Shown one piece after another: positions 12,149 to 23,455 of a DNA stretch of 64,000 nt; position 1 is the stretch's first letter, and every line of letters starts with the position of its first letter. This stretch comes from Massalongia carnosa. Taxonomy: Eukaryota. The notes beneath the pieces are model-generated. The model had not been told where the DNA came from, ran no database searches, and saw only the letters and a list, made by a program, of their open reading frames with translations. The position numbers and the translations under genes were made by a program. The stretch spans positions 1,302,001-1,366,000 of the forward strand of contig OZ287073.1 in assembly GCA_965645245.1 (NCBI GenBank). The letters run 5' to 3'.

Positions 12149-14159
12149 CGTGGGTTATCAGGAGAATCTTAGAATGTTAATTCTGTTCTGCATTTTTGCC
12201 AGAGGAACACACCTCCGGCTCCATTACGACTATATGTACTGAATGCGTCGGTTCGTGCCCCTCTCCACGCCTGCCTGGATCAGATAGATGAGTCACATTG
12301 GTCCCAGGTCTCAGTTCTCTTGATCTTCATGACATACATACCTGTCTTGATACTTTCGTTTCTAAAAGGGGTGTGGCGTGCGTTCGTTCAGGTGAAACCG
12401 TAAATGACAATGACGGTCGAATCACGGCAGCCACAGTGCTCAGTATATGCCATTTCTTTTCAAATATCTAGATATCCACATGTGCCTTGGGGGACGGGCG
12501 ATGTGGACGATTCATCGCATAAAGTCCCCGTCGCATCTGCAGTCTTGGCCATAGGCCCGTCATTCCACATCGTTCATCGTTCCCGTCGCACGCGAAACGC
12601 CCCAACTCACTTGCAGCATCTTAGTTCATGGTGAATGAACCCATACTCGACTCTTCACACGGCGATATCGCAACTTTACTTTGCAGATTCAATCCCATCA
12701 TCCTGCTAATCAAGCCACCAACGCATCTTACCCTACTGCTCGTTTACTTCGTCGCTCGATTCTTCCTGGAGCGACCAAGTACCTACCCTGCCAAGGTTCC
12801 TTCGGCTCGACACCGCAAGTTACCTTAACTCGTATTACTGAAGAGGGAACACTCACTAGCCGAGTGTGTGGGTAAGAACAGGTAGCCTCCTCCTTCCGTT
12901 AGGCTTGGGGTAAGTAAGCTTCTGACCTGGGTAAGGCAAGGCCAGCGTTCATCCATCGGACCTTCCATCTCACCCACGCGACACTAGGATTTTCAACACG
13001 ACGGATCGCAGAGGCAGAGGATATACATATTCCGGTCGTCGAGGTGGGATCTGGTTCCACCGCGCTTCCTTGGGCATCACAACCGTCTAAACGACGCACC
13101 TTGGGAGTTTAGACGCCAATCGATAGTGGTTGAATTTGCCCCGCCAAAAAAGCCAAAATCCGCGTCATTGTACGTCCGTTCTAGCACGGAGCCAACCCGA
13201 ACGAAACAAAAACGGAGCCAAGCGAACTGAAACTTTTCGATACACCGACTTCCAACAACTACATCCTCCTGCCTCGCCTACTCTCCCCTGCGCTTTCATC
13301 GTCGTCCACTGAATCTATCCCCCGTTGGCATTGTACTCACCCAGTGTCATCGTCGCCTCCCCGTGCACACCCACTCTCTCCATTCTCCTCTGGAAGCGCT
13401 TCGACGCTGTGCTGCTCCTGCTGCCGGGGACAATTCCATCGCTTGCGCAATATCCACGGTAGTACATTTCCCATCAACTCGGTACCTGGCCGGCCCAGCC
13501 TACCAGACACCGACCGTCCATTGCGTTTGCTTCTTTCGTGGCCTGAAGGCATCAATCCGGAGCCGGAGGGTAGGAACGGTGCCAATCGCCGGTCTGTCCT
13601 TCTGAGTAATCTGCGGCCCGCAGCAATTATCCGTTCTGGTAGGCGACACAGATTCTTTGATTGCTTTCCCTCCTGCCTTGCACGCCTCATTCGATTGGTC
13701 TTGGCTAGTGTCTATCATCGAGATGCGATCCGGCGGAGTCGCTTGTCTGCAATTATGATCGCTGTCGGTGGTCGCTAACGCGATGAGGGAATATATGGCT
13801 TCTTGCAAGTTTTCTGCTATTTCTAGCCAGGAGCAGGTGTTTTTCTGCGTTCCTGCTGTCGTCTTTCCGTCCGATATCCTTGTTGCATGGTAGTCCCTGC
13901 ATGCTTTCTAGAACGGTGTCAGGTCTCGAGAGAAAAATTAGTCTTCCATGCTAATGCAGCGTCCAGTGACTATTCCATTCGAGCCACCACAAACGATCCG
14001 AACGAAGACTCCTCGGGGATTTGGGTGGGTCTAGGTAACCTCGTACCTCTTATCGATCGCTTTCGTAGGAGAAATACCTCGAGGCAAGGTGCAAACACTC
14101 CACGCGTAACACAACGCCTTGGTGTGTGGGGAAATTATCGTTTGGGACGATTCTTACTG

Positions 14160-14682
14160 GTAAGCCTCACTTTGAGCAAGGCTCCCGCGGTTCTGGTGTT
14201 TTTCATTGCTTTCTACCGTCGAACAAGTGTTTCTAACGTTGGCCATCCACAGGATCCCATAAATTCTTAGGCCTGGAACCCAGCCCGCTGCATCCTTCCA
14301 AAAGGTAAAGCTTGCCTTTCTCTACGGTCAAGGTCGGGCCTCTGATCACGGGTTCTTGCAACTTTTGATGAGAATCTGACGCTTTTTCGTTCTATAGACT
14401 GCTGGAGCTCATTACCGACGGAACAAGGATCGGACCCGCCAGGTAGGAACCACCAAAGTTGTTCATTCCTCTGAACTAGCCCTCTGTGGTGCAATACATT
14501 ACCCGTGGATTGAAGTGTCATGCCAGTATCCTGTAAGTACCTTTCCCGATACTCATAAACCTTCAAGGGCCTTGCATAATCATGTATGAAACGCTCCTCA
14601 AAGTTCAAGGCCCATCCTGTCTACAATCTTCCAACCCCTCCTGCCATGTTCGCCGTGTTTGCTCATTCATTTCCTGTTCTAG
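14160..14682 (+). other. Predicted 5'-UTR introns of the bHLH gene (14160-14252, 14305-14397, 14443-14682)
   Basis: Splice signals: GTAAGC...CTAAC...CAG; GTAAAG...CTGAC...TAG; GTAGGA...pyrimidine tract...TAG. The intervening short exons contain no ATG. Confidence 0.55.
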
Positions 14683-14717
14683 CTCCCAGTACATTTGACC
14701 TTCAATACTCCATTCCA

Positions 14718-16487
14718 ATGACCATAAAGGACAAACCCCTCACCAAGCACGACTTTAACTCTGACACAAACCTGGACGAGGAGCTTGACTTTTTCTATAA
14801 TACTGGTAACATGGCTGGTACGGGCAACTCCAGCCCATTCATCAAAGACGAGCCCGACGATTACGCCTTCCCGGCGCAAAGCTACGCACAAAACCAGCGA
14901 GGATATAGTATGCAGATTGGCCAACAGTTTGGAGAAGGGACACCCAACGGCGTGGATCCTTCCGAGCTGACCATGCAGAACGGGACCTTTGGTCCATACC
15001 ATTTGGGCTCCCAGCAGAATATGTCCAACAGCTTCAACCTGGGAAATTCGGGCATAGGGGACGATGAGCTACTCGACCTAGATCTAAACGATGTAGCCGC
15101 TCACCACAATCATTTTCAAGGAGGTCATCATGGCTTTGGGGCACAGGAAAATGGCAATATGCAGAATTTCTTCCCCGAGCATGGCCACGCAGGGTCAGCG
15201 GTCGCGATTGGCCCAAACCCGCTGAACCAAATCTACTCGAATACCCCAGATGGCACACCCATCCAGAGTCCTTTTGTACACGGCAACATCAATTACGCGC
15301 AATTTGGGCACGTGCATCCCCAGCAGATTCATGCCTCCCGCGCCTCTCCTAACGTTCGTCCTGCTCTGGGCAATCCCCAAGGAATCGATAGTCACTTCAT
15401 GGGTGTACGATCCAGACCAAGCTTGCCCCAAACTTTGGACCGACAAGCATCCGATTCGCGAAGTCCCATGACCCCCAAGACGCCTGGCCTCGGCGGCCTT
15501 AACCTGGCCACACCGGATTCCGGAAGTTTGCCGTCGCAACCAATTCACACAAATAATTTCAATCCGCATCGGCACCAAAAGAGTCTTTCGAACCAATGGG
15601 ACAGTGTCCCTGGCAGCATGCAATCCTACGTTGACTCGCCTATCTCGTCTCCAAGCCACCATACCAACCATGCGCAGATATCCGAGATCCTGAAGTCTGG
15701 CAAACACGCATCATTGCCCGCCAAAGTAGATACTGGCCATCATTCCATTCCGGCGTATCAAACGCAAGAAGCTAAGCGTCGCCGTCGTCGTGAATCTCAC
15801 AATATGGTGGAGCGTCGGCGCCGCGACAACATCAATGAACGAATTCAAGAGCTCTCACACCTGGTCCCTCTGCACCGTCTCGAGGATGAAAAAGTCCGCA
15901 AGCACATGATGAACAACTCTCCTCTCTCACCTACACTTGCTGCCACCGGCAGAAGTCCCCCTCAAGCTACTTCTCTTCTTGCAGGGGGGGGTCGACGCGC
16001 CACGGGTGCAGGCAGCATTAGTATGGGGATCCCCGTCGAAGAGAAAGACAAAGGCCCAAACAAAGGCGACATTCTCAATGGTGCCGTCAGCTGGACTCGT
16101 GACTTGATGTGGGCTCTTCACACTAAAATCCAACAAGAATCAGAACTTGCAGACGTCATCGCATCTCTTGGCGGGAGGTTTCCATTCGAGCAAACTGAAG
16201 ATGAAAAACGCATGCGCAGCGAGCTCCTGAATGCAATGTCGGAGAACGATCCAAGTACATTTTCCTACACCCGCGGACCCGGAAGCGGCTTGCGAGTGCC
16301 AAACCACACCACCGTCTCCGGCGAACCTCTTGGTACGCTAAGTCCCCAGAGCTTAAGCCCAGGTGTGCAGTCTGGCGGCAGCGGTGCAAACAGTGGAGGC
16401 CATGGTCAGCCGCAGTTTTGGAGCCATAACGGTCAAGACGGGCTAAGCTTCAAAGAAGAAGATGAGTACGGCATGGATATAAATTAA
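14718..16487 (+). CDS. bHLH transcription factor (Rtg3/MiT-like; 'GlcD gamma' type of filamentous fungi). The start could be 14586, 14718 or 14811.
   Basis: Basic region and helix 1 (KRRRRRESHNMVERRRRDNINERIQEL), a long loop, then helix 2 (PNKGDILNGAVSWTRDL). Confidence 0.88.
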   Translation: MTIKDKPLTKHDFNSDTNLDEELDFFYNTGNMAGTGNSSPFIKDEPDDYAFPAQSYAQNQRGYSMQIGQQFGEGTPNGVDPSELTMQNGTFGPYHLGSQQNMSNSFNLGNSGIGDDELLDLDLNDVAAHHNHFQGGHHGFGAQENGNMQNFFPEHGHAGSAVAIGPNPLNQIYSNTPDGTPIQSPFVHGNINYAQFGHVHPQQIHASRASPNVRPALGNPQGIDSHFMGVRSRPSLPQTLDRQASDSRSPMTPKTPGLGGLNLATPDSGSLPSQPIHTNNFNPHRHQKSLSNQWDSVPGSMQSYVDSPISSPSHHTNHAQISEILKSGKHASLPAKVDTGHHSIPAYQTQEAKRRRRRESHNMVERRRRDNINERIQELSHLVPLHRLEDEKVRKHMMNNSPLSPTLAATGRSPPQATSLLAGGGRRATGAGSISMGIPVEEKDKGPNKGDILNGAVSWTRDLMWALHTKIQQESELADVIASLGGRFPFEQTEDEKRMRSELLNAMSENDPSTFSYTRGPGSGLRVPNHTTVSGEPLGTLSPQSLSPGVQSGGSGANSGGHGQPQFWSHNGQDGLSFKEEDEYGMDIN

Positions 16488-17550
16488 GCCCCGGACCGCA
16501 ATGAAACACGATATTCTTACTTCCATTGGCAAGCCGATTACCCGATTCCAGCATTTTAATTGGTCCAGCGATTCATCTCATATCAGCTCATAGTTCCCCA
16601 TGTTGCATACGGCAAGGCTTAGGGTGGCCGGAGGGTGTTTTCAAGATTGTGGTGGTTGGATCGAGATTGTTACCCCTTTATCCCCCTTTCCCATCTGCTC
16701 GTTCATCTCCGTCCGGTATTTCCGATGCATTATTCCACCGCGTTCATTCTCGGTACAGTTGCAGGATCTTGCTGGCTTTTTGCATGCTCACGTCTTATTT
16801 TGCAGCTCTCTCAATATACCTATTTGGAGTTTTTACCTCGATAACCTCGGCGCTCAAGGGTGGTGGGTTCAGCTTAGCATGAAATTTCTCCCTCTCAGAT
16901 GGGCTTGCGCAGGCGTCAAGTTAGCTTTGTTGCGTCTTATTATCTAGTTTGAATCTGGCAGATTTGTTGCTTTGCTGAGTTGGCTACAAAGGATGCTGGA
17001 GGGGTTTTAGTTAGCTGGGAGCTTCAAGGACCAGTCCCTCCCCGTACATCATCCCATCCGTGTTCCCATAATTAAATGCGCATTTCTTGTTGTTCTAAAC
17101 CATTTGTATTAAAACCAAATTCCATTTCGCGTGTGCCCCATGACATGTTTGAGTCCCCTATGTACGTACCCACCCCTTAGCAATAACAAACTCATGCTTC
17201 TATGGAAGAAGAAACAAAAGACGGAAAACTCATAACTATTTCTCTCTGGCCCTTTTTCTTTTTGGCGTTCTCCATCCACATCAACGCCAACGCCCGAACA
17301 CCGCCCTCCGTTCCGACCTAATCTGCGTACTCACCCGCACCATCTATCTGCCATACTGCTTGGGTGATGTGAGAAGAAGGGAAAGGAGGGGGGGCACTAA
17401 TGGATAAATGGAGAGAGATAGACTTGCGTTGTTTTTTATAATAGGTATGTAAGTAGAGAGAGGTACATAGATGTGTATGTAATATACCTAGGTTAAGTTA
17501 TGTTTATGTATGGCTGCGAGCTAGGTATGTATATGCAGTTACAAGCTACG

Positions 17551-17571
17551 TATATATATATATATATATAT
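17551..17571. repeat. (TA)10 microsatellite in a GTAT/TA-rich convergent intergenic region
   Basis: Read directly. Confidence 0.9.
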
Positions 17572-17849
17572 GCCCATGTATGTACTTACTTACTCCATCT
17601 ACTCTATCTAGCGTATGTAGGGAGGGAGGAGTTGAAGATCCATCCGTATACATAATAGGTAGGTACATATGTACGAACGGAAAAGCCTAGTTCCAGAAGC
17701 TCCCGGATCATTCGGATTCCCCCACCCTGGCAATCTCTCCCAACCAGGAATGGAAAAGACCATTTACTTCTCCCCTCCTCCTTCCCTACCCCTCCCAAGC
17801 AAGCAACCAATCAACTAAATTCCCATCCAAAACCAAAACTAAGAAACCA

Positions 17850-19727
17850 TTACCACCCCCCTCCCACCCTCCCCGCAATCTCCACCACGCGATCGACCTC
17901 CCCCCCACCAACACCCGACCGCTTCCCCACTTCGCTGACCACAGCCCGGTACCCCGTCCTGAGCAACCTGTCGAGCGGGATGTCGACCACGTCGGCCCAG
18001 TGCTGGAGCAAGGTCCGGATGGCGGGGGGGGAGTTGTTGTTGATTAAGGGATCTTCGGAGCCGGGGTCGTCGTCGTCTTCCTCCATGCTGAAATAGGCTT
18101 CGTCGACTTTCGCCAGCCATTCTTTCTGGCCTGGCCCTGGCCCTGGTCCAAGGCTCTTGCTAGCTAGCGTGGGGACATCCTCGGCTTTGATCTGACCCCC
18201 ACCATTCGTGCAGCCGCCGGGACAAGCCATGACCTCCACGTACGCATAATCCAACCCCCCGCTCCCCGCACTGCTGGGCTGCATCGCCGGGCGGGCTCCC
18301 GTGCTCCCCCTTGAACCTGGCATTCGGCTCTTCCGTACCGGTTTGAGTTTCCGCACGAGATTCTGAATGTTGCGAAAGCCGTAGTATCGCGCTGCTTTGA
18401 AAAGGGTCGCGTCGTCGCGCTCGAGTGTGTATTCGATCACGTCGGCGTTACGGCCGCGGGTGGCGCGGAGGGTGCTATTGGGGTGCAGGGCTTGCTGCGT
18501 GGCGAGGATATGGTAAAGGTAGCCGCCAGAGGTTCCTGCGGCAGGGTTCTGTTGGGCACCGGTGGATCTTGAGCGCTGCTCGGCGTTAGGGAAGAGGAAG
18601 GCGGAGATAATACGATCCGGGAATGGAACGCGGGCGGAGAGGAGAAGCGGATGGCGAGGTAGCGCAGGGAAGCTGATCCCCCGGGTGTCCGCCAGCATGA
18701 GCAATTCCCGAGCTGTAATGACGCAGTCGACGTCGCGGACTGGAGGAGTTGCTGGATCTGTGCTCAAGGAAGGAGGGCGCCAGTAAATGTCGGTGAGTTC
18801 TTCGCGGGAGGCTTCGAGTTTCTTGTCAAAGCAAGGCATTACAGCCACATGCCAGATCTGCGCCGGTGAGATGCCGAGGCGCTTGCTAAGCAGAGTTTTT
18901 AGAAGAGTGCCAGTCAGGGCTTGTGGGGATTTCAAACGCGAGAGGTGAGGCAGCACATGCGGGTGGGTTTTCTCGGCGTAGCAGATCCACCCCGGGCAGG
19001 CTGAAGAAAGTATGGGTTTCTTGGGCTTGGTGGTCGCGGCGCCTTGTTCGCTAAGGGGAACCAAGGCTTCTGCATTTTGTAATGACTCCATCACTTCATC
19101 TGCTCCAAGGACCAAGCTGACCTCTCTCATGGCGTTGGTATCCACGATCCAGCTGAAGCCATTCCGATATTTGCCACCAGATGCTAACCCTTCCGGTCCC
19201 CCCAGTAGACGATCAATCATCCATCCTGCCTCACGCTCTGACACGTTATAGGTCGCTGCCAGACTAGCTCGCACCTGTGGACTTATGCTGGCTATAAAGA
19301 CCTTGGCTTCGCTTTCCGCACCAACTCGATGGGAACCATGTTCATCGGGCCCGCCTTCTGGGGAGGGGCTGCGCAAGAACGAGAGATCGAGGGAAGGCTG
19401 CGAGTCCAGGATATTGATGACTTCGGAATGTGATTGCAGCGACACAAGGACCGCTTCTGCTGATGTGACGCATCCTGAGCAGGCCAGGCAGTCGGTTAGG
19501 GAGATTTGTGCCGGTGGGGGTTTCTCCAATGGAAGTTTGTCTTCGGTGGTAACTTCGTAGGGATTCTAGGAAGCTATGTTTAGTGAACGCCTACAGTCCG
19601 TATCGAGACATAAACTCACACTGTTCTCTTCAGGTTTCTGCAGACGTAGAGTTTCCACAGGCTTTATGCATGCAACACCAGGGGAGATGAAATCATTAAG
19701 ATCATCGGCGGATAGAATAGCACTCAT
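17850..19727 (-). CDS. NAR1: Cytosolic Fe-S cluster assembly factor Nar1 (Fe-hydrogenase-like); exons 19727-19620 and 19565-17850
   Basis: Motifs [72 protein letters not shown] and a C-terminal Trp. Intron 19619-19566. Confidence 0.97.
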
Positions 19728-20281
19728 CGCACAACCACTGAGGCGTACGCTAGGATACGCCAGACAGAAAACGCCCTTTATTTTAATGCTCCAATCCCGT
19801 CGTATTCCATGCAGACTTCAACGTTCATTCCGTAACGCTCCAATGTTTGCTTTACACCGAGTATTATGACGTTTTTTTCCATACGGTTCCCTTAACTCCG
19901 ATATAGGGCCGTGGGGTGGCAAAGGCGGGGGCAGAATGTTCGGTAATACTGTCACCGCCTTCTCCTGAGACATCCAAGAGCAAGCTTCCATTCTACAGAG
20001 TAGAGTGGTCAGTCCAAGACGTCACAAAAGATATTGAAAATGATGCTGACGCACTGAAAATTAATTCCGTACTATCATCTGTTGACTAGTTCACATAAGA
20101 AGTTTTGCATAAAACGTGAAACCACAAGGCTTAACAATCCAGCCTGGAGCCTGTCGAGACTTACATCTTGCCTGATTTCAACCGGTCTAAAAAAACCAAA
20201 AGTGAGTTCAGCAAGTAGTTAACCCAACCCCCAAATCTTCCCTGCATTGCTCTCCGAATGCTACCACCACCAACATGCTTG

Positions 20282-23143
20282 TCAGCCCTGTTGCCTTGCA
20301 GCACTTTTAGGGGATGGGGCGTGTTCCTCTGATTTCAAGCCTCGTCGTCGTTGCTGTTGTAGCTCCAATGTTTCTGCTGATGTCGCATTGGTACGGTTAT
20401 GGGGCGTTCCGTTTCGCGTCCTGCTTCCGCTGGACCTATACCTCCAGCCAACCGGCCTCCAGGGGAACCGACCATGAAGCCTTACGTTGGGACTGTTGCT
20501 CCTAGTCGGTGCAGTGAGAGAAAACCGAGGCAGAGGATCTACAACCGGTGGATTTGGCGTTCGAAATATGTCGCACGTAAGGCAGTTGAAAAACCCCATG
20601 AAGGAACGTCCACAGCCTCGGCAGGTCTCGTCGGAGCTAGCCGAGGTTTGACCAGATGAATACGTTCGTGTAGCAGAGCTCGGCGGAGGCGGAGGGGCTA
20701 CATATTGCTGGTTAGCCGGTAGGTTTTCAGGGGCTTGGAAATCTTCAATTTCCGGAGGAGACGTTGAAAAAAGGCTATCAGCTTCTGGAGGTGAACTCGA
20801 ACTGGGAGTGTTATTTCTCAAAGCCTCTGCAGTTGTAACTAGGATTGGGGATGATGGTTGCCTCGAGGGAGAACCGTTATGGCTGGTTTCGATATGGTAC
20901 GCTGCGGGACCATCGTATATCGCTTCATTTGCTGACATAGCGAACGGGATGCGCTGACTACATTCGGGCGAACTATTGAGGCGGAGATCCATAATTCCTT
21001 GGTTTAGACGGTCGGAACTTGCGCTTGCATTTCTTGGAGCCGTGGGGCTTGTTTCGTTAACCATGGTGATGGGAGGCGCATACTCCCTAGGCCATTGAGC
21101 TGTAGTAGACATCTCAGCTGCTTGTAGTAACGGTGCATCTCCCATCTCTTCTGTAGCGTGTACTGAAAGGTTGTTTCGTTCGATGAGACTGGGATTGGTG
21201 ATGAAGCTGCTGTCGTCTAAAAGTGACAAAGCTCCATAGCCGGACTCGTTCGTGAAAATCTTACTTTTCAATTCCAGAGGCCGATGCTCGCCGATTTTTT
21301 CGCCAGTTATGACGTGGGCTGGTACTAAGGTGGATGTCCTCCAGCCAGGTCGACTCTCGGACTCTTCCCGCGCTGCATTAGAAGGCATATCAGGGACGAG
21401 TTCACGGCTGCGGCAAAGGTGATCTATTGCATCTGCATCGCTGGTAATTGCTACTGTATCGGAAGGCAACAGCGTTATGGCAGTAGAAGACTTACCAGCT
21501 TCAGCAAGAATCTGCTTTCTTGTTGAAGGCCCAGGAAAGGCAGCCTCCCGAGGCGTCGAATTTGATCTCTCAGAAATCCTGTGGCCTATTGGCGCTGGGT
21601 TCATGACGACTTTCTTACCATTATCATCAACCAAAGTATATCTCTTATCTCCAAATTTCAGTTGCGCCGTGGTGGGCATGCCGCAGGCTCGCCCATAACC
21701 CTCGAGGGCCATATTTGGAAATTTCGTCCCCACACGAGCATGACCTTTCTTAGCAAAAGCATCGATCATAGAGTTCCGCCTTGGCTTGTTTGACTCACTT
21801 ACATAGCTGACGGGATTCTCTACCTCGCTTTTGCTGCGAGCCCTAACTGCATCCGGGTAAGGATCCGATCGAGGATCAGGGAGGTTTGTGGAAACACTTT
21901 TTGACGACGACCCAAATATATCGCTTGTGGTCAAGGCTAAGACCGAACTTCTAACCGGTATGTTATTGATTTCGTTCTCAGGGAGCGGGGACGGAGCGTC
22001 CAGCATCCAATGGCTAGAGTCTGAATCTAACCCATTGGGAGAATCATACACTATGTCACTAGCATTGTCGTATCCTGGAGAGCCTGCTTTCCAAGCTCGT
22101 TTGCCTTTCATGGCATTGCGATGCCTATTACGCCTCTCACTATTATCTGAGCTCGAGCTCGTGTCATCGTGGCTGTGTCTCATAGGCTGCTTAGGTTTAT
22201 TAGGGTGTTCATCCTCACTATCATTCCCATTGATATTTCCAGCCGAGCCAACAGGAGTTGTATAAGGCTGGACTAACAAGGACGATGAGTTGAGGCCTCC
22301 ATGTTGGCCATGTCCGTTTTTGTGGGCACTATCCATATTCTCTGGTGCCCGCGAGTTATGGAGTGGGTCTCCGCTGATCGTTATATTGGCATTCATTACA
22401 TGTAAATATAGCGATGTCGTCACATTCTTGGATGGTGTCGAAAATCCCGACGAGGTATCCGTGGAACCGTCAGGCGAGTAGCTCGAGGCACAAGATCTAT
22501 CAGACCCCGATTGTTCAACCGAGGATAGCGTTGGAACGTCTGTATCTTTAGAATTGTTTAGGATTCGATTGTAGCTTGAGCTGAGCTCGAAGGCCGATTC
22601 CCGTCGCCGAGGTCTTACAGGTGAAGCAATCCAGCAGGATCTGGCTCTTTTCCTGCTAGATCTAGGCATATTTGCAAAGGCACCGTGAGAGATCTTAGCA
22701 AATGTTTGCTCGAGGGTTTCAACAGGGAACTCAGGAGCATCCCTGACCAGCGTGTCTCCATCGTCATCCCTCTGCTGAGCGAAAGACGTAGGTACTTGCT
22801 TTTCCTTTCCGCCCTTACGGGATGTTCTCCAAAGAAATGGTATTGAGGAACTACAAAGTGGGCCAACGATTACCAAATGTATCGATGACATAAAATTGTG
22901 TCGGGATGGGTTGAGCTCACCTCCATTAATCATTTGGAGCCCCGTTTTCGCCCTCTTGATCCTCCTACTTAGACTTCTAGTTCTTTTGTATTGTCTAATA
23001 TGCTTCGGTTGGAAAATCAGTGGTGGAATCTTGGGCTTGACGAAGCTTGGTTGACTTGGTTGAGCCTTGGAGGGAGACGCCTCTCTAGGGCTCATTCTGA
23101 GCACAATGCGTATGCGGTGGGTTGCTGTATGTTCAGGATCCAT
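20282..23143 (-). CDS. Hypothetical Ser/Pro-rich, largely disordered 953-aa protein with a C-terminal CxxC-x9-CxxC motif
   Basis: Uninterrupted 2.86-kb ATG-initiated ORF with no domain I recognise; contains CRGCGRSFMGFFNCLTC. Confidence 0.7.
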   Translation of the reverse strand: MDPEHTATHRIRIVLRMSPREASPSKAQPSQPSFVKPKIPPLIFQPKHIRQYKRTRSLSRRIKRAKTGLQMINGGELNPSRHNFMSSIHLVIVGPLCSSSIPFLWRTSRKGGKEKQVPTSFAQQRDDDGDTLVRDAPEFPVETLEQTFAKISHGAFANMPRSSRKRARSCWIASPVRPRRRESAFELSSSYNRILNNSKDTDVPTLSSVEQSGSDRSCASSYSPDGSTDTSSGFSTPSKNVTTSLYLHVMNANITISGDPLHNSRAPENMDSAHKNGHGQHGGLNSSSLLVQPYTTPVGSAGNINGNDSEDEHPNKPKQPMRHSHDDTSSSSDNSERRNRHRNAMKGKRAWKAGSPGYDNASDIVYDSPNGLDSDSSHWMLDAPSPLPENEINNIPVRSSVLALTTSDIFGSSSKSVSTNLPDPRSDPYPDAVRARSKSEVENPVSYVSESNKPRRNSMIDAFAKKGHARVGTKFPNMALEGYGRACGMPTTAQLKFGDKRYTLVDDNGKKVVMNPAPIGHRISERSNSTPREAAFPGPSTRKQILAEAGKSSTAITLLPSDTVAITSDADAIDHLCRSRELVPDMPSNAAREESESRPGWRTSTLVPAHVITGEKIGEHRPLELKSKIFTNESGYGALSLLDDSSFITNPSLIERNNLSVHATEEMGDAPLLQAAEMSTTAQWPREYAPPITMVNETSPTAPRNASASSDRLNQGIMDLRLNSSPECSQRIPFAMSANEAIYDGPAAYHIETSHNGSPSRQPSSPILVTTAEALRNNTPSSSSPPEADSLFSTSPPEIEDFQAPENLPANQQYVAPPPPPSSATRTYSSGQTSASSDETCRGCGRSFMGFFNCLTCDIFRTPNPPVVDPLPRFSLTAPTRSNSPNVRLHGRFPWRPVGWRYRSSGSRTRNGTPHNRTNATSAETLELQQQRRRGLKSEEHAPSPKSAARQQG

Positions 23144-23455
23144 CTTGGTGTTTGCTGTGCAATATGGAATGGATTGGTAAAAAAAAATAGAAAGAACGTA
23201 GAAATGATGATACTAAAGAGCGAGCTGGCCGATAGATGTGGACCTGTGAAAGTTCTGGCTCTGGTACAAGTAGCAATATTGCATGATAAGCTTATGAGCA
23301 GGGTGGAGCAAGTAAGCATACAGATGAAGAAAAAACTTTTTCTCGAAGGCATTCGTGGTATATATGCATCCAAGACAGTCGCGGCTTGCCAACTCTCTCT
23401 ATTTCCATAGCTCCTTCCTAATATATTCGATCAAGGAAACCACCAGGAGCGAATA

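Noticed and set aside
12490..12529. Hairpin containing AAAGTCCCCG, like RNase MRP/P CR-I
   Set aside because: No complementary CR-V element found downstream; it is just a local two-part stem.
14340..14382. CTGA...TGATGA...CTGA, suggesting a box C/D snoRNA in a leader intron
   Set aside because: No 5' box C, the spacing is too short, and the last CTGA is the intron branch site.
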